Of a DNA stretch of 64,000 nt, positions 18,697 through 27,007 are shown one piece after another. Made by a program: the position numbers and the translations under genes. The DNA is from Christensenellaceae bacterium (GTDB taxonomy: Bacteria > Bacillota > Clostridia > Christensenellales > Borkfalkiaceae). Location of the stretch: the NCBI GenBank assembly GCA_045645305.1, contig JAZRIO010000017.1:10396-74395 (forward strand), in the 5' to 3' direction. The first letter of the stretch is position 1; every line of letters begins with the position of its first letter. The notes below the pieces were generated by a model. The model did no database searches. It was given only the letters and a program-made list of their open reading frames with translations, and was not told where the DNA came from.

Positions 18697-21264
18697 TTAT
18701 TTTGCCTCTAACCAGTTTTTGCCTTCGCCCACGCCAACAGTAAGCCTAACGGCAAGGGAAACTGCATTTTGCATTTCTTCAACAAGTATTTTCTTAACCG
18801 CATTCTCTTCTTCTTTGACCGCATCGATAATAAGTTCGTCGTGCACTTGAAGAATAAGCGCGCTCTTAAGGTTTTCTTTCTTTAGCCTTTTCCATACATT
18901 AAGCATAGCAAGTTTAATAACATCAGCACTGCTACCTTGCAAGGGCATATTCATCGCCACTCTTTCACCGAATTGGCGAACATTGTAGTTAGAAGAAGAA
19001 AGTTCCCTAATATAACGGCGCCTACCGAGTAAGGTTTTAGAATAACCGTTTTCCTTTGCGAACTTAACATTGTTATCCATATAATCTTTAACTTCGGGGT
19101 ATTCTTTAAAGTAAGCATTGATATAATCGCGCGCTTCGGCATTAGATACCTTTATACTCTTAGCAAGCCCAAACTCGCTCATACCATAAATTATACCAAA
19201 GTTAACCGCCTTTGCACTACTTCTCATTTTGGGAGTAACTTGGTCGATAGGCACGCCAAACACCTTTGAAGCAGTTGCCGAGTGAACGTCTTTGCCATCT
19301 CTAAAAGCGTTAATCAATGGCTTGCAACCTGAAAACGCAGCGAGCAAGCGGAGTTCGATTTGTGAATAGTCGGCACTAATAAGCAACCCGTTGGGGTTTT
19401 TTGGAACAAACAGTTTGCGAATTTCCTTGCTTTCATCATCGCGTACGGGGATATTTTGTAAATTTGGCTCTTTACTTGAAAGTCTGCCCGTTGCGGTAAC
19501 CGTTTGGTTAAACGAAGTGTGGATAAGCCCCGTTTTCTTGTCCACGAGTGGCTTAAACCCTTCGATATAGGTCGAATAAATTTTTTGGAGTTGGCGGTGT
19601 TTTAAAATCAAGGGGATAATAGGGTGGGCATCTTCAAACGATTCTAAAATTTCCGCGGTGGTAGAATAACCTGTTTTGGTCTTTTTGCCTTTGCCGATTT
19701 TAAGTTTTTCAAAAAGCAATTCGCCGAGTTGCTTTGGTGAGTTTACGTTTAATGTTTGCTCATCAGCAAGGTCACGAATTTGCTTTTCAATTTCTAAAAG
19801 GGTGTTTTTATAAACTTCGCTTGCTTCAACAAGTGCGTTGTAGTCAATCTTAAACCCTTCTTGTTCCATTTCAAACAAAAGGTCGGCAAGCGGAAGTTCC
19901 ACTTGTTTATAAAGGTCGGTTAGTTCTTGCTCAGCAAGTTTTTCTCTTAAACTGTTAAACGCAACAAGCAAAGAAGTTGCGGGAGTTTTTTCCGCAAGGT
20001 TATACTCGGTGATAACTTCTAAAAGCGTTTCTTCCCTACCTGAATAATCGGCAAGATATTTCATCAAAGAAAGGTCATCTGTGGGGGCGGTTAAGTCAAA
20101 GCCACCGTTTTTAACTATAAAATGGCGGAAATCTTTCTTTCCAAACACAACGAGCGGAGCATTGCCGAGAGCAAACGGGCGGATAATATTTAGCGCGCTC
20201 GACAAAGAAAAGCCGTCGTCAAGAAGTGTTTGTTGAATAGGGATAATAACTTCCCTTTCGCCGTCGGAAAGGTTAAATGCCGTGTTGGAAATAGCGATTG
20301 ATAGGGGAGAGCCGAGAGTGGTTAAAGAAAAATTTTGGTTTTCAAAAAGGTTTATAATCTCAACTTCTTTTCCGCTGTCGGTTTTTATTGGCTCTAACTG
20401 TTCATCTTCGTGAACAAAAAGGTTTTCTTTAGAAATGAGCGCCTTAAATTCCAACTCAACAAACTTTCTCTTTACCTTTTGGCTAAAGGGGAAAGAAAAG
20501 GTCATTTTACTTACATCGGTGTCAACACCGCAGTCACAGTCGATAGTTGCAAGCGTTTTTGAAAGGAAGCAAGAATCTTTGCCTTGCTCAATTTTTTCTT
20601 TTAATTTGCCCGTAAGTTCATCAACATGGTCGTAAAGATTTTCCACAGTTTTATAAGTAGATAAAAGGTTAAGCGCGGTCTTTTCGCCAATGCCTTTTAC
20701 CCCTGGGATATTATCACTTGAATCGCCCATAAGTGCTTTAAGGTCTATAATTTGTATGGGGTCAATGCCCATTTTTTCAAAAAAGTTTTGTTCGGTATAA
20801 ATTTCCGTGTCGGTAATACCGCGCTTGGTAAAATGCACTTCGGTTTCGTTATCAACCAATTGGAAAGAGTCTTTATCCCCCGTAAAAATTATGGTTTTAA
20901 TAGAAGTGTGTTTTGCAATCGTGCCGATAATATCATCCGCTTCAGATCCAGGTTTTTCAATCACTGTAATGCCCATAAGAGAAAGCACTTCTTTAAGGAG
21001 CGGAATTTGTGGGCGGAGTTCATCGGGCATCGGCTTTCTTGTGCCTTTATAGTCGGCAAAAATATTGTGGCGGAAAGTGGGGGCTTTAACGTCAAACGCA
21101 ACGGCAATATAGGTAGGTTTAATGTCGGTCAAAATCTTTACAAGCATATTGGTAAAGCCAACAACCGCGTTGGTGGGCGTGCCGTCTTTTGTGTAAAGAA
21201 CGGGCATCGCGTAAAATGCGCGGTTAATTAAACTATTTCCGTCAATCAATACTAATTTTTCCAT
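18697..21264 (-). CDS. polA: DNA polymerase I
   Basis: 5' nuclease N-terminus (LIDGNSL, GDSSDNIPGV), pol motifs A (DYSQIELR), B (RSSAKAVNFGIIYG) and C (QVHDE). 855 aa. Confidence 0.95.
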   Translation of the reverse strand: MEKLVLIDGNSLINRAFYAMPVLYTKDGTPTNAVVGFTNMLVKILTDIKPTYIAVAFDVKAPTFRHNIFADYKGTRKPMPDELRPQIPLLKEVLSLMGITVIEKPGSEADDIIGTIAKHTSIKTIIFTGDKDSFQLVDNETEVHFTKRGITDTEIYTEQNFFEKMGIDPIQIIDLKALMGDSSDNIPGVKGIGEKTALNLLSTYKTVENLYDHVDELTGKLKEKIEQGKDSCFLSKTLATIDCDCGVDTDVSKMTFSFPFSQKVKRKFVELEFKALISKENLFVHEDEQLEPIKTDSGKEVEIINLFENQNFSLTTLGSPLSIAISNTAFNLSDGEREVIIPIQQTLLDDGFSLSSALNIIRPFALGNAPLVVFGKKDFRHFIVKNGGFDLTAPTDDLSLMKYLADYSGREETLLEVITEYNLAEKTPATSLLVAFNSLREKLAEQELTDLYKQVELPLADLLFEMEQEGFKIDYNALVEASEVYKNTLLEIEKQIRDLADEQTLNVNSPKQLGELLFEKLKIGKGKKTKTGYSTTAEILESFEDAHPIIPLILKHRQLQKIYSTYIEGFKPLVDKKTGLIHTSFNQTVTATGRLSSKEPNLQNIPVRDDESKEIRKLFVPKNPNGLLISADYSQIELRLLAAFSGCKPLINAFRDGKDVHSATASKVFGVPIDQVTPKMRSSAKAVNFGIIYGMSEFGLAKSIKVSNAEARDYINAYFKEYPEVKDYMDNNVKFAKENGYSKTLLGRRRYIRELSSSNYNVRQFGERVAMNMPLQGSSADVIKLAMLNVWKRLKKENLKSALILQVHDELIIDAVKEEENAVKKILVEEMQNAVSLAVRLTVGVGEGKNWLEAK

Positions 21265-21283
21265 AAAAAATCCTTTAATCTGC

Positions 21284-21312
21284 TTGCCAAACGAAAAAAT
21301 TTGTGGTATTAT
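21284..21312 (+). promoter_or_regulatory. sigma-70-type promoter upstream of tRNA-Leu
   Basis: TTGCCA - 17 bp - TATTAT with TGn extension, about 100 nt upstream of the tRNA. Confidence 0.45.
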
Positions 21313-21411
21313 CTTAAAGCAAGTTGGTTAAGGGCAAATGCCCCTACATAATATTACCCTTTAATTTTACCAAAAAAACCAAAAGAAAGCAACAAATAAT
21401 TTAATCTTTAT

Positions 21412-21499
21412 GCCGCTGTGGTGAAATTGGCAGACGCGCTGGACTCAAAATCCAGTGGGCTAATACCCCGTGCCGGTTCGACTCCGGCCAGCGGCACCA
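21412..21499 (+). tRNA. tRNA-Leu (anticodon CAA), encoded CCA
   Basis: Manual cloverleaf. Acceptor GCCGCTG/CAGCGGC, anticodon loop CTCAAAA, long variable arm, T-arm GCCGG-TTCGACT-CCGGC, and ACCA. Confidence 0.9.
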
Positions 21500-21573
21500 A
21501 CGAAAAAGACAGGTTAACCCCTGTCTTTTTTCGTTGCGTGCTTGTATGGCGGAGTCGAATTAGGAGCGAGCAA
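21484..21573 (+). repeat. 90-bp direct repeat, copy 1 (last 16 nt of tRNA-Leu + terminator + 42 nt)
   Basis: Identical to 21754-21843 except for one G/A difference. Confidence 0.95.
21503..21531 (+). terminator. intrinsic terminator after tRNA-Leu
   Basis: Stem agacagg / cctgtct followed by TTTTTT. Confidence 0.7.
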
Positions 21574-21753
21574 CTTTAGTTGCGTGTTCGCCGAAAGGCG
21601 AAAAAACAGTCCAGTGGACTGTTTTGCGGGAGGCTCGAGAGAAGCGACTCCGGCCAGCGGAAACGAGAGTCAAACCTTCGGTTCGATCCACTAGCGTGGG
21701 ACGGCAACCCTTTTGTCGACCAAAAGTCGACATTTCCCCTAACAGGGGAATCA

Positions 21754-21843
21754 CCGGCCAGCGGCACCAACGAAAAAGACAGGTTAACCCCTGTCTTTTT
21801 TCATTGCGTGCTTGTATGGCGGAGTCGAATTAGGAGCGAGCAA
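21754..21843 (+). repeat. 90-bp direct repeat, copy 2 (orphan tRNA-Leu 3' end + terminator)
   Basis: 89/90 identical to copy 1. It carries ccggccagcggcacca without the 5' part of a tRNA. Confidence 0.95.
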
Positions 21844-21911
21844 AAATTTAAAACAATAAAAAAAGGAACGGAAAACCGTTCCTTTTTGATTATATTTTGT
21901 TGTGTTATATT

Positions 21912-22811
21912 TTATTTTTTGGTTGAATCGAAAGTTACTTCCTTACCAAAGAAGTATACGCCGAACATACCAGGGCCAACAGAAGCGCCGATTGCCGCGT
22001 TGATATTGCCGATGTGAATTTGTTCGGGTTTAACATCAACTCTTGCTAAAATTTCTTGTTTAACTAAAAGAGCATCTTCTTCACAATCAGAGTGTTGGAT
22101 ATAAATATCGGGGAGTTGTTCGCCAGTGTAGTTCATAGCAACTCTTTCAGCCGTTCTAATGATAGAAGTTTTTCTGCCCTTAACTTTTTCAATAGCAACA
22201 TTATAGCCGTGGATATCAGCAATGATAAGGGGCTTAATAGATAAAAGACCGCCAAAGAACGCGCTTGCTGCAGAAATTCTGCCTGCCATTTTTAAGTAGG
22301 TAAGTTTTTCAACAGAGCCTTCTTGGTTGATGCATTGCTTGTTCGCTTGTACCCAATCAGCAACTTCATCAATAGTTTTGCCTTCATCACGAAGGAGAGA
22401 AGCCTTTATGCAAAGAAGACCAAGACCTGCACTTGAAATAGTTGTGTCGATACAAATAATTTTTTGGTCGGGGTAAAGGGGTGCAAGTTCATCTCTAATG
22501 TGATATGTTACATTAACAGTGCTGCTTAAAACTGCGGGACAAGAAAGTGATAAAACATCATAGCCTTGCTTTAAGTAATATTCAAATTTTTCTTTGCAGT
22601 CAATAGTAGAAATTTGAGAAGTTCTAATTCTGTTGCCTTCTCTCATATAATCATAAAAATCTTTTAAGGGCATTGCAGACCAATCGGGGTCGCCACAATA
22701 TTCCTTTTCGCCAATGAAAAAGCGGTTAGGAATAAAATCAACATCATATTGTTCTCTTAAAGATTGAGTCAAGTCACTACTTGAGTCGGTAATAATTGCA
22801 AATTTGCTCAT
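21912..22811 (-). CDS. DegV family fatty-acid-binding protein
   Basis: N-terminus FAIITDSSSDL. 299 aa. Typical DegV length and profile. Confidence 0.85.
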   Translation of the reverse strand: MSKFAIITDSSSDLTQSLREQYDVDFIPNRFFIGEKEYCGDPDWSAMPLKDFYDYMREGNRIRTSQISTIDCKEKFEYYLKQGYDVLSLSCPAVLSSTVNVTYHIRDELAPLYPDQKIICIDTTISSAGLGLLCIKASLLRDEGKTIDEVADWVQANKQCINQEGSVEKLTYLKMAGRISAASAFFGGLLSIKPLIIADIHGYNVAIEKVKGRKTSIIRTAERVAMNYTGEQLPDIYIQHSDCEEDALLVKQEILARVDVKPEQIHIGNINAAIGASVGPGMFGVYFFGKEVTFDSTKK

Positions 22812-22947
22812 TGTAAATCTCCTTTTTTGTATGCAAACATTATATCATATCCATAGTTAAATATCAACAAATTTTAGAAAATAGTTTGCTTGTGAATAAT
22901 TGGCATGAAAAATCCAAAAAACATTATGAAAAATAGTTGAAAGCGTA

Positions 22948-22976
22948 TTGACAAACGGGGGTATGGGTGGTATAAT
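22948..22976 (+). promoter_or_regulatory. consensus sigma-70 promoter for the mgtC-like gene
   Basis: TTGACA - 17 bp - TATAAT with TGn extension, 38 nt upstream of the ATG. Confidence 0.6.
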
Positions 22977-23014
22977 CGTTCATATTTTATAACAAGCAAT
23001 AAAAAAGGTGGAAA

Positions 23015-23659
23015 ATGGTAGAATTAATTTGTCTTTTGCGCATGGTAACCGCATTGGTGTTAGGCTTTGCCATTGGCTTTGAAAGAAAACAACGTTTTAA
23101 GGAAGCGGGCATAAGAACGCACACTATCGTTTGTGTGGGCGCGTGCTTATATATGATTATTTCTCAATTCGGTTTTAGCGGTGCGGATACTGCTCGTGTT
23201 GCAGCGCAAATCGTTTCAGGTATCGGTTTTATCGGTGCAGGTATGATTTTTTACCACAAGGAAGCCGTTCACGGATTGACCACGGCGGCGGGCATTTGGG
23301 CAACGGCTGCAATCGGTATGGCTGTAGGCGCAGGCATGTATATTATAAGTGCTTCGGCAACTGCGCTCATCATTTTGGTTCAATGCGTAATGCACTTAAA
23401 CTTTAAGGTGTTTAAGCAAAGAAGATACGTAAGGCTTAAAATTGTTTTCATTTGTAACGACGTTGCGGAAAAAGAAAAGGTTAAATCGCTTTTTAATGTA
23501 TCGCGTTTTTCAAGAATAAGCGCAAAAAAAGAAGGAGATGATATAGTTTATAGCGCAATAATCACTTCGGATAAAGAGTTTGCCGATATTGATATTTATA
23601 ACGCTCTATCAAACCACTCCTTTATTCGTTCAATCACAAGAGAAGACGACGAATTTTAG
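23015..23659 (+). CDS. MgtC/SapB family membrane protein
   Basis: LGFAIGFERKQRFKEAGIRTHTIV N-terminal signature, 4-5 TM helices plus a soluble C-terminal domain. TAG stop. Confidence 0.85.
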   Translation: MVELICLLRMVTALVLGFAIGFERKQRFKEAGIRTHTIVCVGACLYMIISQFGFSGADTARVAAQIVSGIGFIGAGMIFYHKEAVHGLTTAAGIWATAAIGMAVGAGMYIISASATALIILVQCVMHLNFKVFKQRRYVRLKIVFICNDVAEKEKVKSLFNVSRFSRISAKKEGDDIVYSAIITSDKEFADIDIYNALSNHSFIRSITREDDEF

Positions 23660-23692
23660 AAAAAAGCCTTGGCAGAAGCCAAGGCTTTTTTG
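23660..23692. terminator. bidirectional intrinsic terminator
   Basis: Stem agccttggc / gccaaggct flanked by A6 and T6. Confidence 0.75.
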
Positions 23693-23696
23693 TTTA

Positions 23697-25637
23697 TTAT
23701 TCTGCTTGAGAAACATTTTGGTTTTTGAAGTATTCGGTAGAAGCCGCGTTTTTGTTTACGTCTTCAGGCTCGACAAAGGTGGGCACGGTCGCCTTAATTG
23801 CATCTTTAACGATATCCGAATCAACAAAGGTTTTGCTTTTATCAACCGCGTCTAAAAGGATTTTTAACTTGTCGGCAATTTGTTCTCTCGTGTAAGGGGT
23901 ATCCTTTTCGATAAAAATCATTTTGTTATCGGTTTTAACAAGCGTTTCGTTTTTCATAAGTAGTTCTTCGTAAAGTTTTTCACCGGGGCGAAGACCTATT
24001 TCTTTAATTTCAATATCTTTATCGGGGGTTAAGCCCATAAGTTTAATCATATTAACCGCAAGGTCATAAATTTTAACGGGTTGTCCCATATCGAGCACGA
24101 AAAGTTCGCCCTTTCTTGCCTTTGCACCTGCAAGCATAACGAGTTGGCTTGCTTCGGGTATGGTCATAAAGTATCTTATAATGCGCTTATCGGTAATTGT
24201 TACTGGTCCGCCGTTTGCTATTTGTTTTTTAAATAGCGGAATAACGCTTCCGTTAGAGCCTAACACGTTGCCGAATCTTACCGCGGCAAAGTCGGTATTG
24301 CTATCAATTCTACATTGAACAACCATTTCGCAAAGGCGTTTTGATGCGCCCATAACGTTGGTGGGGTTAACCGCTTTATCTGTGGAGATAAGTATAAACT
24401 TTTTAGCACCGAACTTTTCCGCGCTGTTTGCAACATTATAGGTGCCCATAACATTGTTCTTTATGACTTCGCAAGAAGAATGTTCCATAAGAGGAACGTG
24501 TTTGTGTGCTGCCGCGTGGAAAACTATTTCAGGTTTATAGTTTAAGAAAATACTTTCCACTCTATCCACGTCACGAACAGAGCCTATTTCTACTACAAGG
24601 TTAAGGCTATCGCCGTATTTTCTAATAAGTTCTTGTTGAATTTCGTACGCGTTGTTTTCGTAAATATCAAAGATGATAAGTTGTTTTGGACCACACTTTG
24701 CTATTTGACGGCAAAGTTCACTGCCAATAGATCCGCCACCACCCGTAACCAAAATGGTTTTGTTTTTATAATAGTCAAACTCTGCTTGTTTATTGATGTC
24801 AAGGGGAGCACGGAACAAAAGGTCTTCAATAGAAAAATCTCTTAAAGCAGGTTTAGCGTTTTTGTTTTCGGTATCGAGTGGAAGAGAATATCTTTTAATT
24901 TGACAACCGAGTTGGCTATATTTTTTCCAAAGTTGCTCGGCTTTCTCTGCTGGAAGATTTGCTATTGCAAAAATAACAGTGTTAACGTCGTGTGTTTTGA
25001 TTGCCGTTTGGCTATCCACGTCATCATATATAGGAAGGTTGCAAACGCGTTTGCCTATTTTTGCTGGGTCGGTATCAATAAAGCAAAGGGGTTCAAAGGA
25101 AGAAGTGGGGGAGTTTTTGAGTTCGTTTGCAAGGTAAGCGCCAAGTTGACCAGCACCAACTATTGCAACGGGAGTTTTTTGTGTTGTTTTGCGCGTGGTG
25201 TTCGCGTGTTTATACATTAATCTATAAACGAATCTTGAAGACAAAGTCGCAAGCGCGGTAAGTGAAGCAACCGTAAGGCTTTGCCAAATTCCAATATAGA
25301 ATCCGCTTGCCCAAACTTCAATAAGTCTTGCTGAAAGTATGGTTACAATTCCGCCACAAGCATCGGCAACAACCATATAGAGATATGCGCGTGTGTTGGT
25401 GTATCTCCAAACATTGCCGTAAACTTTAAGTATACCGCGGAAGAGCGCCATAAAGAAGACTAATAGCAATGAGTTGTATAAGTAAAAAATCTTGTTTTCA
25501 AGATGCGCGATTATACCCATATTGTTAGAGAGCAAGTAGTATATCGCGTTTATAACCGCAAATATTAAAAAATCAATAAAGAACAAGGTAAAAAGTCTAC
25601 CTTTTCCTTTAAATAAAAAATTACCTAACTTTTTCAT
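23697..25637 (-). CDS. membrane-anchored nucleotide-sugar 4,6-dehydratase (CapD/WbpM/PglF-like polysaccharide biosynthesis protein)
   Basis: 4 N-terminal TM segments, two Rossmann motifs (VGAGQLG, TGGGGSIGSEL) and an SDR-type catalytic region. The ATG at 25637 has an AGGTGA SD. Confidence 0.85.
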   Translation of the reverse strand: MKKLGNFLFKGKGRLFTLFFIDFLIFAVINAIYYLLSNNMGIIAHLENKIFYLYNSLLLVFFMALFRGILKVYGNVWRYTNTRAYLYMVVADACGGIVTILSARLIEVWASGFYIGIWQSLTVASLTALATLSSRFVYRLMYKHANTTRKTTQKTPVAIVGAGQLGAYLANELKNSPTSSFEPLCFIDTDPAKIGKRVCNLPIYDDVDSQTAIKTHDVNTVIFAIANLPAEKAEQLWKKYSQLGCQIKRYSLPLDTENKNAKPALRDFSIEDLLFRAPLDINKQAEFDYYKNKTILVTGGGGSIGSELCRQIAKCGPKQLIIFDIYENNAYEIQQELIRKYGDSLNLVVEIGSVRDVDRVESIFLNYKPEIVFHAAAHKHVPLMEHSSCEVIKNNVMGTYNVANSAEKFGAKKFILISTDKAVNPTNVMGASKRLCEMVVQCRIDSNTDFAAVRFGNVLGSNGSVIPLFKKQIANGGPVTITDKRIIRYFMTIPEASQLVMLAGAKARKGELFVLDMGQPVKIYDLAVNMIKLMGLTPDKDIEIKEIGLRPGEKLYEELLMKNETLVKTDNKMIFIEKDTPYTREQIADKLKILLDAVDKSKTFVDSDIVKDAIKATVPTFVEPEDVNKNAASTEYFKNQNVSQAE

Positions 25638-25838
25638 TAAAATCACCTTTTTGTTTAAGTACGAACTTTCGCACTATACATTTTGCTTATGATAAATTAT
25701 AGTATAAATAATTCAATCGGTCAACCCTAAAACTCAAAAAAGTGTTTACAATATTTAGAAAAAGTGTAAAAAACAACCCTTTTTTGTCCAAAATTTGACA
25801 AAAAATAAAAAAGCCGGTCAAAAACGAACGGCTTAAAT

Positions 25839-26807
25839 CTATTTTTTAAGTTTAATTGACAAAAGGCTGTCAAGTTTATAGTCAAGCATTTGTAAAAACT
25901 CATCCCTAAGAAGGTCCTTAATAAACTCAACGTTTCCGCTCTCGGTAAAGTCAATGATAGTTTTTCCAAGCGCGTCGGTGGTGTTGACCGTAACATTTGC
26001 CTTTTCGGTAATAAAAAGTTCTGGATACACAAGCGCAAACAAGGCGCAAGTATCGTTCGTGGTAATGCGCTTGGTGGGGTAGCGCGGTTCCCAATATTGC
26101 GAATACATTTTATAAATAAACTCCCCAACTTCCCCCTTGTCTTTAATCGCATAAACAAAGTCTTGCTCCAAATGCGCCTTAATCCTACCCATATGTGACG
26201 GGCACATAAGAATAGGCACACCAGTGTCTAGCACAACCTTAAATGCTTCGGGGTCGGAGTATAGGTTAAAAGAGATGTGATCGGGATAATCTTTGTGCCC
26301 AAAGGGAGAACCGCCCATCACCACTACCTTAGGAATCTTTTTAACTATATCGGGGTGCTTCCTTATAAGGTTTGCAAGGTTGGTTTGCGGGCCTAACATA
26401 ACGGGCACAATATCCCCGTTGCCGTTTGATAAAACGCGATACATCGCTTCAACCGCATCTTCATCTAAAAGATTTTTGTCAACAGTTTGTGGTGGGGTGT
26501 ATCCGCCAAGCCCTTCTATGCCGTGCATATGCATTGCGTTGGGGGTGGGGCGTTCAAGCGCCTTTTCCGCACCCTTTGCAACGGGATAATCTTTTCCAAG
26601 AATAGTTAAAAGATGCAAAAGGTTTCTCGTTGCTTTGTCAATAGAGATGTTGCCCGCAACCGTGGTGAAGAGTTCAATCTTTATGTTTTGGTCAAAAAGC
26701 GCATAGAGTATGCAAGCCGAATCATCAACACCGGGGTCGGTGTCGATTATAACCTTTACTTCTCGGTTTTTAGTTTTGTAAATATCAGTAGAAAAATTTT
26801 TGTTCAT
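25839..26807 (-). CDS. nucleoside hydrolase (inosine/uridine-preferring family)
   Basis: N-terminal IIDTDPGVDDSACI aspartate cluster. 322 aa. Confidence 0.85.
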   Translation of the reverse strand: MNKNFSTDIYKTKNREVKVIIDTDPGVDDSACILYALFDQNIKIELFTTVAGNISIDKATRNLLHLLTILGKDYPVAKGAEKALERPTPNAMHMHGIEGLGGYTPPQTVDKNLLDEDAVEAMYRVLSNGNGDIVPVMLGPQTNLANLIRKHPDIVKKIPKVVVMGGSPFGHKDYPDHISFNLYSDPEAFKVVLDTGVPILMCPSHMGRIKAHLEQDFVYAIKDKGEVGEFIYKMYSQYWEPRYPTKRITTNDTCALFALVYPELFITEKANVTVNTTDALGKTIIDFTESGNVEFIKDLLRDEFLQMLDYKLDSLLSIKLKK

Positions 26808-27007
26808 ACAATTATTATATCAATTTTTTAAGAATTTTTGCGCCTTTATAAAAGTTTAGTTTAGTATATCATAAAACATTTTTGATTTCAATACAAAAAA
26901 GGAAAAAGGACAAGTAAAAAAAATTTTAAGAAAGTAAAAAACTTGTGCTTTTCGCTTAAAAAAACAAAGAGCAGTATGATAATATTATGCTTGATGCGGA
27001 GGATGAA

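Noticed and set aside
4124-21231. Numerous 60-180-aa ORFs antisense or out of frame inside gltX, cvpA, ftsH, parAB, the transketolase genes and polA (e.g. 4124-4600, 6355-6864, 9389-9835, 9918-10340, 15334-15873, 20752-21231)
   Set aside because: They are fully embedded in strongly supported genes with clear family motifs. They lack SD sequences and have low-complexity or Ser/Leu-rich translations typical of shadow ORFs.
21574-21770. Idea that the insert ending in ...ccggccagcggcacca is a tmRNA or a second tRNA
   Set aside because: There is no 5' strand (gccgctg or G-U variant) to pair with the acceptor 3' strand. There is no tmRNA 5' GGGG...TTCGAC signature, no tag reading frame and no intact T-arm.
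21560-22017. Track ORFs 21560-21754(-), 21576-21770(-), 21580-22017(+) and 21624-21833(+) in the tRNA-Leu downstream region
   Set aside because: They run through the direct repeats, terminators and perfect hairpins. They have no SD and Arg/Ser/Gly-rich peptides caused by local GC-richness. One also overlaps the DegV gene's 3' end.
22812-23014. Mg2+ (M-box) riboswitch upstream of the mgtC-like gene
   Set aside because: The consensus promoter leaves only about 38 nt of leader, too short for the ~160-nt M-box, and no M-box motifs were seen.
25727-26221. 164-aa ORF overlapping the nucleoside hydrolase gene's 3' half on the same strand in another frame
   Set aside because: It is Arg/Leu-rich and out of frame within a well-supported gene, it runs across the gene's terminator, and it has no SD.
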